Below are positions 7,326-15,098 of a stretch of DNA of 15,098 nucleotides, one piece after another. A program made the position numbers and the translations under genes. Numbering within the stretch: position 1 is the first letter of the stretch; each line of letters begins with the position of its first letter. The notes under the pieces were generated by a model that did no database searches, had not been told where the DNA came from, and saw only the letters and a list, made by a program, of their open reading frames with translations. Origin of the DNA: Candidatus Heimdallarchaeota archaeon (GTDB taxonomy: Archaea; Asgardarchaeota; Heimdallarchaeia; Hodarchaeales; Hodarchaeaceae); contig DXJL01000098.1 in the NCBI GenBank assembly GCA_019057635.1, forward strand, positions 1 through 15,098, read 5' to 3'.

Positions 7326-8126
7326 TTAAGCCCCTGCGATAAAATTATCCAAAAACATCATGACCATGAATCCTAAGATGACTCCAAATGTAGCTGCCCT
7401 CTCGTGGCCTTTTCTATGACTTTCTGGTATGATTTCATCAGAAACTACAAAGATCATAGCCCCTGCAGCGAAAGCCATGCCAAATCCTAACATGCCTAAA
7501 GCGATACTCACTGCAGCAACTCCAATTAATCCACCAATAGGTTCCACTAATCCTGTAAAGGTAGTAATAGCGAAAGCATCACGTTTCGTATATCCCTCTC
7601 GAAGTAACGGTAAAGCAACAGCTGTTCCCTCTGGAATATTCTGTAAACCAATTGCCAAGGCAATAATAATTCCCGTTGAAATATCTCCTTCAGGTTGTGC
7701 CGCTGATCCAAAAGCAACTCCAACAGCTAATCCTTCGGGAAAATTATGGATTGTAATTGCAATAACAAATAACCAGGTAGCAGCCAGTCTTTTAGAGATA
7801 TTGCTCGATCCTTCTGGACCTGAAATAAAATGTTGATGAGGCGCCCACCGATCAATGACATGGATTATCAGTGCACCACTTGCGAAACCAAGCACAACAA
7901 TTAATACTGGTTCTAATTCCCAATTTGTGTAAATAGGCTCCATATCTAGAGCAGGGACGAGTAAACTAAAAGCAGAAGCCGCAAGCATCACCCCTGCGGC
8001 AAATCCCAACATGATATCAAGACTTCGTTCGGAAAATTCTCGACCGAGTAGAACTGGTATTGCCCCTAAGGAAGTAGCTAATCCTGCGAGAAGTGAAGCC
8101 ATAATTCCTAGTACTATTATTTCCAT
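7326..8126 (-). CDS. zupT: ZIP-family (GufA/ZupT-like) divalent metal transporter
   Basis: Motifs GFAAGVML, ITIHNFPEGLAVG, IGLQNIPEG, GLVEP and AAGAMIFVVSDEIIPE, with multiple TM helices. AGGAG lies upstream of the ATG on the minus strand. Confidence 0.95.
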   Translation of the reverse strand: MEIIVLGIMASLLAGLATSLGAIPVLLGREFSERSLDIMLGFAAGVMLAASAFSLLVPALDMEPIYTNWELEPVLIVVLGFASGALIIHVIDRWAPHQHFISGPEGSSNISKRLAATWLFVIAITIHNFPEGLAVGVAFGSAAQPEGDISTGIIIALAIGLQNIPEGTAVALPLLREGYTKRDAFAITTFTGLVEPIGGLIGVAAVSIALGMLGFGMAFAAGAMIFVVSDEIIPESHRKGHERAATFGVILGFMVMMFLDNFIAGA

Positions 8127-8332
8127 GATTTTATCTCCTGAATGTAGTTCTCAGGTAAACTTCGGATATTTCATTGTGATTATCGAGAACAATATATTTA
8201 TTTTTCCGTTTTTAGTAAATATCTTTCTAAACAATATTTCTTTGGAGTCAATTAAACCTATAGTCTAGAATGGAAATGCTTTTGAAAGTGGAAGTAGAAA
8301 TAAGATGTGTCAGCTTTTTTGGAGTCACCTTA

Positions 8333-9397
8333 ATGCGTATCCGAGAAAATTGGGCCCTATTTGTGGAAGGTACAGAGGTTAAATGGACTTTTGGAGAACC
8401 AAGTCCTGAATTTTTAGAAATCGTTTCAAACTTTCTGATGGGTCTAGGGAATTTAGGTAAAGAATTGTTTGGTGAAGGGATTGCAAGTATTCAGTTCGAC
8501 CTACCCCGGCATGTGGGAATAAAATCCTCTGAAATCTTCATTGTTTCCTTGGAAGATCAGTTCTTTTTGATTATTAGTGATCCAGCAGTTACTCTTCTTC
8601 TTATCAACGCAGAAGGAGGTATTCCTGATGAAATTAAAGTTATAATGAAAGCCGTGCTTGTCGGGCAGGCGTCTATTCTTTATGCAAATGCTGTTTCAGA
8701 TGACATTGACGATGAGACAAAAGATAGCATAGATAGACATTTTCAAAATATTCTGTTGGATGTTAATGAAAAATACTTAGAGGGGGACCTCATAAACACA
8801 ATTGTTGGTCAATTTGGGAGTAATTTCAGTATCTTGACATTTGAAGAGTGTCTGATGCTTCATTATTATTTAAGAAAACATGCCGAACGTACTCAGGTTG
8901 CTAAACCCGCAGGATGGGCAATGATTGCTAATTTAGAAGGCTGGGAAGTTCCTTTAGCCTATAATTTGACGAAAGAAGGAATATGGGCTGGATTCTTCAG
9001 TGCTATCATAGGTTTTATCCATTCATTATTTGAATCGAAACCACGTTCTATTACTTTCGGATCTACGGCTATCCACAAGCTGAGGTTCGTGTATGGAAAG
9101 AAATATTACTTTATGGCTATAGATACAAGTTTTGTTTCGGATTTACTTCTTCAACAGAAATTTCAAAATGAATTGTTTAGTACTAGTTATGCGATCCTGA
9201 AAGATATGTCAATAGGTATTAAATCTCTCATTATAGAAGAAATTCTAGCTTATAATGAGGATAAATTAAACGAGCTTTCTGTAGAGACTCTCCTTGATAC
9301 CTATATAGGTGAAGATGAATCCTTAGAATTATCCCAAGATGAGCGCGTAATTCGAATTTGGGGAAAATTACTTCTCAGTTTCCAGAAACAACCCTAA
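8333..9397 (+). CDS. Hypothetical protein with two putative longin-like domains
   Basis: Likely start is ATG 8333 after GGAG (track: ATG 8270). Unit 1: WALFVEG/VKWTF-EIVSNFLMGLGNLGKELF-IASIQF/EIFIVSL/FFLIISD. Unit 2 (from 8912): WAMIANLEG/VPLAY-GIWAGFFSAIIGFIHSLF-PRSITF/KLRFVY/YFMAID. Each unit is beta2-alpha-beta3-alpha. Confidence 0.6.
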   Translation: MRIRENWALFVEGTEVKWTFGEPSPEFLEIVSNFLMGLGNLGKELFGEGIASIQFDLPRHVGIKSSEIFIVSLEDQFFLIISDPAVTLLLINAEGGIPDEIKVIMKAVLVGQASILYANAVSDDIDDETKDSIDRHFQNILLDVNEKYLEGDLINTIVGQFGSNFSILTFEECLMLHYYLRKHAERTQVAKPAGWAMIANLEGWEVPLAYNLTKEGIWAGFFSAIIGFIHSLFESKPRSITFGSTAIHKLRFVYGKKYYFMAIDTSFVSDLLLQQKFQNELFSTSYAILKDMSIGIKSLIIEEILAYNEDKLNELSVETLLDTYIGEDESLELSQDERVIRIWGKLLLSFQKQP

Positions 9398-9527
9398 TTT
9401 TCTTTCCGTAGATACAAAAGATCAGCTTAGAGTTGTAATAGTCTTTTAATAATGGACTCTTAGAAAAATTCATAATCTATTATTATTAGTCCTTGATACA
9501 ATCATTTCAAAAGAGGTTTTTTCGTAT

Positions 9528-10325
9528 ATGACTGTACTAGATCTATTCAAGCTTACAGATAAAAAAGCATTAGTAACTGGGGGCGCGAAAGGCATTGGTC
9601 GTAAGATCAATGAAGGACTATTGGAGGCAGGGGTTGAATCTCTCATCTTCTGTGGTCGTGGAAGACATGGATCATTGGAAGAAGAGCAAATTCGTTTGAA
9701 ATCCCTTTGGCCCTCCAGAGATATTAGAGGTATTGCGTGTGATATTAGTAAAGAATCCGATATTCATTCCCTTATCGATCAGATTCGTGATTTGAAAACC
9801 TTGGATATTCTAGTCAATAATGCAGGCGTTACATGGGCTGCCTCCACATTAGATCAGACTCTGAAATCTTGGCACCGAACAATTGATACAAATTTGACTG
9901 GAACCTTTCTGATGTGTAGAAGTGTTATTCAAGAATTAATGGTAGCTAATGATAATGGTGGAAGCATTATTAATATTGCTTCGATTTTAGCACTTAAAGG
10001 AATTGAAGAAATTGCTCAGATCGGATATTCGGCAAGTAAAAGTGGTTTGTTAGGCTTAACGCGTCAATTAGCAGTAGAATTTGCAAGTTATGGCATTCGT
10101 GCAAACGTTATATGTCCAGGGTTCATTGAAGGAGATTCGATGGCCGAAATCTTTACCAAGGAAGGCAGTCCGATCAGAGAGACTCTGATTGATATGATTC
10201 CTCTTCGACGATTTGTTAGTGAAAATGATATGCAAGGAATCGTTCTTTTCTTGGCCTCTGATGCCTCCTCCTATATTACTGGACAAACTATTGCGTTAGG
10301 AGGGGGCTTAACCGTTAGTCTATAA
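9528..10325 (+). CDS. Short-chain dehydrogenase/reductase (classical SDR; FabG/gluconate-5-dehydrogenase-like)
   Basis: TGGAKGIG, NNAG, NIAS, YSASK catalytic motif, ICPG and SSYITGQ. GAGGT lies upstream. Confidence 0.95.
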   Translation: MTVLDLFKLTDKKALVTGGAKGIGRKINEGLLEAGVESLIFCGRGRHGSLEEEQIRLKSLWPSRDIRGIACDISKESDIHSLIDQIRDLKTLDILVNNAGVTWAASTLDQTLKSWHRTIDTNLTGTFLMCRSVIQELMVANDNGGSIINIASILALKGIEEIAQIGYSASKSGLLGLTRQLAVEFASYGIRANVICPGFIEGDSMAEIFTKEGSPIRETLIDMIPLRRFVSENDMQGIVLFLASDASSYITGQTIALGGGLTVSL

Positions 10326-10345
10326 TTTCTAGGAATAAAATACAA

Positions 10346-11482
10346 ATGTCATTCAATATAAGAAGTAATATTCTCTCTTCTTCACTAGAATATTATTTAA
10401 CACATTATTACGAGGCATTAACAGAATTACAACAACTTTCTAATCCAATGGTTGGGTATTTTACTAATAAAATTCCAGTTGAATTATTAGATGCAATGAA
10501 ATTACATCCTGTACGCATTTTTGCATTTAAACATCCCCAAGCACAACAAGGTGCTTATGAACGTTATATTCAGACCTTTGCCTGTTCATGGTTACGAGGA
10601 ATTCTAGATAATGGACTAGTGAATGGATATAAGGATCTAGAAGGAATTATTTTTTCAACAGGAACCTGTGACAGTCTACAAAATGTTTCTGATGTTTGGC
10701 AAAAGGTTTTCGCAGCCCAATTAACATATAATTTAACTTTTCCAATTAAGAGTAACAAAGCTGCGGGGACATACCTTGAAAATGAATTCAAACAGATAGT
10801 TTCTTTCGCACAAAAACATCTCAAGGGTTCGTCAGATTTTAAATTGACTGAAAGTATCCGAAAATACAATCTAAAGAGAAAAATTCTTCAGAAAGTAGCT
10901 AATCTTGTATCAAAAGGTCAGTTGCTATATGTAACATTTGCACAGTTATTGTATTTTAGTGATTTATTACCTGTGGATAAATTTACACAAATATTCAAAG
11001 ATTTTCCTCCTACTAATAATGATGATAGTATTTCTGTCACTAACCAAGATGAAATACCCCGGTTACTCGTTTCAGGAGGGATGTGGGATAACTGGGAATT
11101 GTTTGATATACCAGAATGGAATGGACTAGTTGCTGATGATCTATCTTTTGGACATCGTAATTTCAATTATACTCTTGCAGAAACTGACTCGATGAAATCA
11201 TATGTTGAGTCACAACTCAAACGAACATCTGAACCGACTGCTTATGATGAAAAAAATCAAAGACTTGAGAGTTTGGGTGAGCAAATAAAGGAACATGATG
11301 TAAACGGTGTAGTACTCTTAACTATGAAATTTTGCGATCCTGATGCTTTTGAACTCGTACCAATTCGTAAATATTTAGAATCTCACGACATCTCATATTT
11401 AAATTTAGAGACTAGTCCCGATATATCAAATGTTGGGCAACTCCGAACCCGTTTAGCAGCTTTTTCAGAGTTACTTCTATAG
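10346..11482 (+). CDS. 2-hydroxyacyl-CoA dehydratase / benzoyl-CoA reductase family subunit (HgdB/FldC/HadC/BcrC-like)
   Basis: PVELLDAM; three cluster Cys in FACSW, TCDSLQN and KFCDP; VADDL; C-terminal GQLRTRLAAFSE. Confidence 0.9.
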   Translation: MSFNIRSNILSSSLEYYLTHYYEALTELQQLSNPMVGYFTNKIPVELLDAMKLHPVRIFAFKHPQAQQGAYERYIQTFACSWLRGILDNGLVNGYKDLEGIIFSTGTCDSLQNVSDVWQKVFAAQLTYNLTFPIKSNKAAGTYLENEFKQIVSFAQKHLKGSSDFKLTESIRKYNLKRKILQKVANLVSKGQLLYVTFAQLLYFSDLLPVDKFTQIFKDFPPTNNDDSISVTNQDEIPRLLVSGGMWDNWELFDIPEWNGLVADDLSFGHRNFNYTLAETDSMKSYVESQLKRTSEPTAYDEKNQRLESLGEQIKEHDVNGVVLLTMKFCDPDAFELVPIRKYLESHDISYLNLETSPDISNVGQLRTRLAAFSELLL

Positions 11483-11487
11483 GAGGT
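11481..11487 (+). promoter_or_regulatory. Shine-Dalgarno site overlapping the upstream stop codon (translational coupling)
   Basis: AGGAGGT overlaps TAG 11480-11482 and ends 8 nt before ATG 11496. Confidence 0.7.
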
Positions 11488-11495
11488 AAGAATGC

Positions 11496-12761
11496 ATGAC
11501 TTCAGTAGAAAAACAACGTGTTTACAGACGTCTAAATAGTACCCAAAGTGTAAAGAATAGCCAAGCCATGTACTACTTTCAAAGCAAAAACCCATATCTT
11601 CATGACGAGGGAAAGAAAATCGCTTGGATTACATCTGGTGGACCTGTAGAGTTTTTAGTGGCGATGGACATACTTCCCTTATATCCAGAGCAATATGGGG
11701 CCATTGCAGGATCTGCAAAGGATAGTACTCGTCTGAGCCAGGTTGCAGAGTCACATGGCTACAGTCAAGATATTTGTGCCTATGCACGAACTTCATTCGG
11801 TAGCATTTTATCACCCGATAGCCCTACTCCTTTATCTGAAATTGATGGAATTGGTGGGTTAGCAACTCCTGACATGCTAATCTGTGGTAATAATATTTGC
11901 GGGACGGTTCTCAAATGGTATCAAGATTTAGCTAGAATATATAAAATTCCTTTATTCATTTTCGATACTCCTCCGTTAATAGATGATAATATTCCTTCTT
12001 ATTACATCGAATACCTAACTACTCAAATGAATGAATACATTTCCTTTCTTGAACAGCAAATGAATAAGAAAATGGATATGGGAGTTCTAACAGAAGTTTT
12101 TCAAAACTCTAAGAATAGCATCGAACTTTGGACAAAAATATTGGATTTAGGACAGGCTATACCTGCTCCATTAAACTGTGCGGATCGTTTTCTTCTCATG
12201 GCACCGGTTGTGTCCCAAAGAGGGACAACTGAAACCGTCTCCTTGTATGAAGAAGTATACCAAGAAGTCCAAACACGAGTTGATGATGAAGAGGGGGCGA
12301 TCACCGTTCCTGAACGTTTTAGATTGCTTTGGGATAATATACCGATATGGTTCAATCTTTATGATTTCTACAATACTCTCGCTCAGAAAGGGGTAGTGTT
12401 TCCTGTAGATACGTATACAAATGCATGGTCCCAAAATTTTCAGGAATCGGGAGATCTGCTTAAAGATGCTGCAGTGATGTATTCCAATATCTACTTAAAT
12501 AAGACACTTCAACATAAGATCGATTTAATAAGCACACTGGCGAAGAAGTACAAGTGTGATGGAATTTTATATCACTCAATGCGTTCCTGTAAGCGATACT
12601 CGTTGGGCCAGCCAATTACAAGAGTAGAAGTAACGGAAAAAACAAATATCCCAGGAACGTTGATAGAAGGAGATATGAATGATTCCCGTGCTTATTCTGA
12701 AGGCCAGGTAATGACTCGTATAGATGCTCTTCTGGAATTAATTGAAACACAAAGAAACTAA
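11496..12761 (+). CDS. 2-hydroxyacyl-CoA dehydratase / benzoyl-CoA reductase family subunit (HgdA/FldB/HadB/BcrB-like)
   Basis: AWITSGGPVE, YPE, GYSQDICAYAR, NNICGTVLKWY, RSCK, IEGDMNDSR and TRIDALLE. Confidence 0.92.
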   Translation: MTSVEKQRVYRRLNSTQSVKNSQAMYYFQSKNPYLHDEGKKIAWITSGGPVEFLVAMDILPLYPEQYGAIAGSAKDSTRLSQVAESHGYSQDICAYARTSFGSILSPDSPTPLSEIDGIGGLATPDMLICGNNICGTVLKWYQDLARIYKIPLFIFDTPPLIDDNIPSYYIEYLTTQMNEYISFLEQQMNKKMDMGVLTEVFQNSKNSIELWTKILDLGQAIPAPLNCADRFLLMAPVVSQRGTTETVSLYEEVYQEVQTRVDDEEGAITVPERFRLLWDNIPIWFNLYDFYNTLAQKGVVFPVDTYTNAWSQNFQESGDLLKDAAVMYSNIYLNKTLQHKIDLISTLAKKYKCDGILYHSMRSCKRYSLGQPITRVEVTEKTNIPGTLIEGDMNDSRAYSEGQVMTRIDALLELIETQRN

Positions 12762-12870
12762 AAAAATCTTCTTTTTTTAGTGGTTCTGATAAACACTAAA
12801 TTTATAAACAGCAAAATCTTTAATTATGGATTAGTCGAGTTATAATTGAAGAAGTAGCAGGTGTAGGTGC

Positions 12871-13347
12871 TTGACGAAAAGCTCAGAATTAGATCCCATC
12901 ATTTATCGGCAGCATATTAAGCAGAAATATTCTAAATTTGTCTGGAGTGCTTACTTACATCGTAAAACGATAGAAAAGTTACTTGATCACGAGTATTTCG
13001 GTTCGTTAAACTCAGTTGTCCAATTATTTCTTCAATATGTTATAAAAGAATGGGCTTGTCCTAATTGCTTGCAAACTATTTTCCCTTTTATGCTAAATTG
13101 TTATAAAAATCTTCCGCACAAGGGTGATATTATATACGTATACTCGAAAGAGCTTATAAGCAAATTTCCTGTACTTGCTTGTCCTCATTGCGAAACTCAG
13201 ATTGTAGTAGTTGCCGTTGATGAACATAGTGATCTTTTTGAATTTAGATACAAGCTCATCGATGAAAAAATATATGATCTATCAAATAATCAAATACTTT
13301 CTGATGCAGAAGTAGAAGAGATAGGATTAGTTAAACGCTCAATCTGA
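12871..13347 (+). CDS. Hypothetical protein with Zn-ribbon (CPNC...CPHC) and possible N-terminal ribbon-helix-helix
   Basis: TTG start preceded by AGGTG twice. Two CxxC pairs. FVWSAYL-HRKTIEKLL-GSLNSVVQLFLQYVI fits a strand-helix-helix pattern. Confidence 0.65.
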   Translation: MTKSSELDPIIYRQHIKQKYSKFVWSAYLHRKTIEKLLDHEYFGSLNSVVQLFLQYVIKEWACPNCLQTIFPFMLNCYKNLPHKGDIIYVYSKELISKFPVLACPHCETQIVVVAVDEHSDLFEFRYKLIDEKIYDLSNNQILSDAEVEEIGLVKRSI

Positions 13348-13514
13348 ACTTAAATCTTCTTGATTCTTGGGTATATAGGGGATGATTAATTTTAGTGTTG
13401 GGGAACTTCCTTACCAAAGAATTTCACAGAATTCCTCTACAGAAGTATTTATTATACAATTTTTGAACCAACAAAAAATAGTTAAAAGAGCCCTAGATCA
13501 ATACTGCTTAGATT

Positions 13515-14072
13515 CTAGGATGTTTTTTCTAGAATTTTCCTTCCCAATGTAATAAAAGCTTTATCAACATTTTTTCCTGTTTTAGCAGAGGTCTCAAAGT
13601 GATCGATGCTTCCCACAAGATGTTGATATCTGGGTAAAATCTGTTCAGAAATATAAGTTTCTGCCTCTAAAGTGGTAACACTATCATCAGTACGCAAATC
13701 AGACTTATTTCCAAGAATATTAATATATACTGAAGGAGTACCCATGTGTTGAGTGAGTTCTTGAACCCAAGATCGAAGATTTTGAAGTGAAGCACGATCT
13801 GTAATATCATACACTAATAATGCCCCAGCAATTTGTCGATAATAAAGTGCACGAATTTGACTAAACGTCGGTTGTCCTGCTAGGTCCCAAATTTGAAATC
13901 GAATTGATTTTTCGGAGTTCCCGTATGGAATATTCACCTTAGTTGCCGCAAAATCAGCACCAAGGGTAGGTAAATAGTCCCCTGGTAATCCTTTCCCCAT
14001 ATAACGGTTTCGGAGGGAGGTTTTGCCAACACTACCATCACCTAGAAGACAAATTTTCGCAAAAACCACCAT
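13515..14072 (-). CDS. Ras-superfamily small GTPase, Rab-like (Asgard type)
   Basis: G1 GDGSVGKT, G2 YLPT, G3 WDLAGQ, G4 NKSD and G5 ETSAK. RabF-like motifs LGADF, RFQIW, YYR and LVYDIT. No C-terminal Cys prenylation motif. GTGAGGG lies upstream of the ATG. Confidence 0.96.
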   Translation of the reverse strand: MVVFAKICLLGDGSVGKTSLRNRYMGKGLPGDYLPTLGADFAATKVNIPYGNSEKSIRFQIWDLAGQPTFSQIRALYYRQIAGALLVYDITDRASLQNLRSWVQELTQHMGTPSVYINILGNKSDLRTDDSVTTLEAETYISEQILPRYQHLVGSIDHFETSAKTGKNVDKAFITLGRKILEKTS

Positions 14073-14211
14073 TTAATACCCTCACGTTCCTATCTTTCAT
14101 TCTGAGGAACTAGGATTTTAACTTTCTCATTTTTTTTTAACCAAATGTTTCATTTTGCAATCCAATAGGGAAATCAAGATACCTACGAATTACTTTCTGT
14201 GCATAAATCGA

Positions 14212-15098
14212 TTAAATAGGTATAAGGATTTTAACTTTATCATCTATACCCATCCAAAAAGCTTCACAAATATCTTTAAGTGAAAAACCGCCCACTTGTG
14301 ACAAAAGCTTCATGGCATCTGAGTAAAGAAGGATTCCAGAATGTTTTTCGGGATATTCGGTTATAATTCGATCATAAAGCTTTAGGAGACCTTGTTTGGT
14401 ACTGCTGGTGGTTGGAGGAGTACGTCCAGTTACAACAAGGAATTTCAAAACATTTAAAGCCTCTTTCGAAATGGGAGATTTATCTGTTCCTTGTCTGAGA
14501 GCCGAATCGAAATAACCAAGTCTTTCTAAATCGATTTTAAATGGTTCTAGAATACCAATAGGCAAATATTTTCTTAGCATCACGCGAATATTTGGACCTA
14601 AGAGAGCTTCGTTAATAATACCTGTATCGTGAAGTGGAAGAGTTTGTTGAAGGTCTTTAAGAGCCTTGAGACAAGTATTTCTGAGGAAAGGTGAGGGTTT
14701 TTCCTTTAAAAAGACAAAAAACCTGTAAGAAGCCGATCCTAAAATTAGAATATGGATTTTATTCTGTTCAATTACACTAACTCTGTAAGTAGTATCCCGC
14801 TCAGGATGATCACGAGAAAGTGAGTAATCATTCACTTGTGATAAGAAATCAGCTTGAAAAGACTCAAGGAAAGCATCAATACCAACTGATAGTCCACTGA
14901 GTGTACCAGTTAGTGATTCATCTGCTTTATAAAGAACATTACTTAACGACCAGATAGGAACTCCAGCTGAGGATGAAACCAGAATAGTATACGTATCCGT
15001 TAAGAACGCTAACTTTTCTTTTATCGATTTTTTCTCTACTGATTGTTTTTCTTTTCTTTGTCGTGAGAATAAATAACTTGCACTAATTGCTAAAAAGA
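14212..15098 (-). CDS. C-terminal part of a transmembrane protein with cytoplasmic longin-like domain and helical C-terminal domain; start lies beyond the right edge
   Basis: The frame is open from 15096, so the track's GTG 14835 is an internal Val. Added sequence: FLAISASYLFS-RQRKEKQSVEKKSIKEKLAFL-TDTYTILVSSSAGVPIWSLSNVLYKADESLTGTLSGLSVGIDAFLESF..., continuing into VSVIEQNKIHILILGSASYRFFVFLKEKPSPFLRNTCLKAL. This reads as the end of a hydrophobic helix, a basic juxtamembrane segment, then a longin pattern. Confidence 0.8.
   Translation of the reverse strand, partial: FLAISASYLFSRQRKEKQSVEKKSIKEKLAFLTDTYTILVSSSAGVPIWSLSNVLYKADESLTGTLSGLSVGIDAFLESFQADFLSQVNDYSLSRDHPERDTTYRVSVIEQNKIHILILGSASYRFFVFLKEKPSPFLRNTCLKALKDLQQTLPLHDTGIINEALLGPNIRVMLRKYLPIGILEPFKIDLERLGYFDSALRQGTDKSPISKEALNVLKFLVVTGRTPPTTSSTKQGLLKLYDRIITEYPEKHSGILLYSDAMKLLSQVGGFSLKDICEAFWMGIDDKVKILIPI

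Noticed and set aside
8211-8231. TTTAG-N11-CTAAA as a DtxR/TroR-type metal box upstream of the ZIP gene
   Set aside because: Imperfect AT-rich symmetry expected by chance at this composition, and no such regulator is in the window.
7429-8268. Plus-strand ORFs 7429..7836 and 8011..8268
   Set aside because: Antisense shadows of the well-supported ZIP transporter gene.
10345-10353. AATG-T-CATT (and ATGTCAT at 5277) matching the operator core
   Set aside because: Both coincide with ATG-TCA (Met-Ser) gene starts and lack the flanking arms.
2427-12434. Other short ORFs in the track (2427..2633, 2940..3146, 6044..6241, 10068..10286, 10570..10869, 10918..11166, 10938..11129, 11383..11595, 11629..11814, 12101..12355, 12171..12434, 12178..12396)
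   Set aside because: All overlap confidently assigned genes on the opposite strand or in another frame and show no recognisable motifs.
14833-14835. GTG 14835 as the start of a 207-aa protein
   Set aside because: The frame stays open to the window edge, and the upstream codons supply the first half of the longin-like domain.

Overview
AT-rich archaeal chromosomal segment, very probably from an Asgard archaeon (Heimdallarchaeia-like). This is inferred from a non-prenylated Rab-like GTPase, several longin-like proteins, a crenarchaeal-type single-OB SSB and a secreted DUF2341 protein. It holds about 16 genes. Two run off the window edges and are missing or truncated in the supplied ORF track: a secreted DUF2341 protein (<1..623, minus) and a transmembrane protein with a cytoplasmic longin-like domain (14212..>15098, minus), which lies directly upstream of the GTPase. 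The middle contains a wHTH regulator behind a palindrome-rich promoter, a 5'-truncated DDN/F420-type nitroreductase, a stand-alone longin-like protein, DinB, a SagB/ThcOx-type oxidoreductase and an SSB with a 66-aa RGG/YGG tail. It continues with a 4Fe-4S aldo/keto reductase, a ZIP transporter, a putative tandem-longin protein, an SDR plus a two-subunit 2-hydroxyacyl-CoA dehydratase/benzoyl-CoA reductase-family operon, and an RHH-like/Zn-ribbon protein. No rRNA, tRNA, CRISPR array or mobile element was recognised. The best candidate new system is a membrane receptor-longin (GEF-like) plus Rab-like GTPase module. The FET/TAF15-like tail on SSB is the second highlight. All family calls are by-eye motif recognition; no searches were run.
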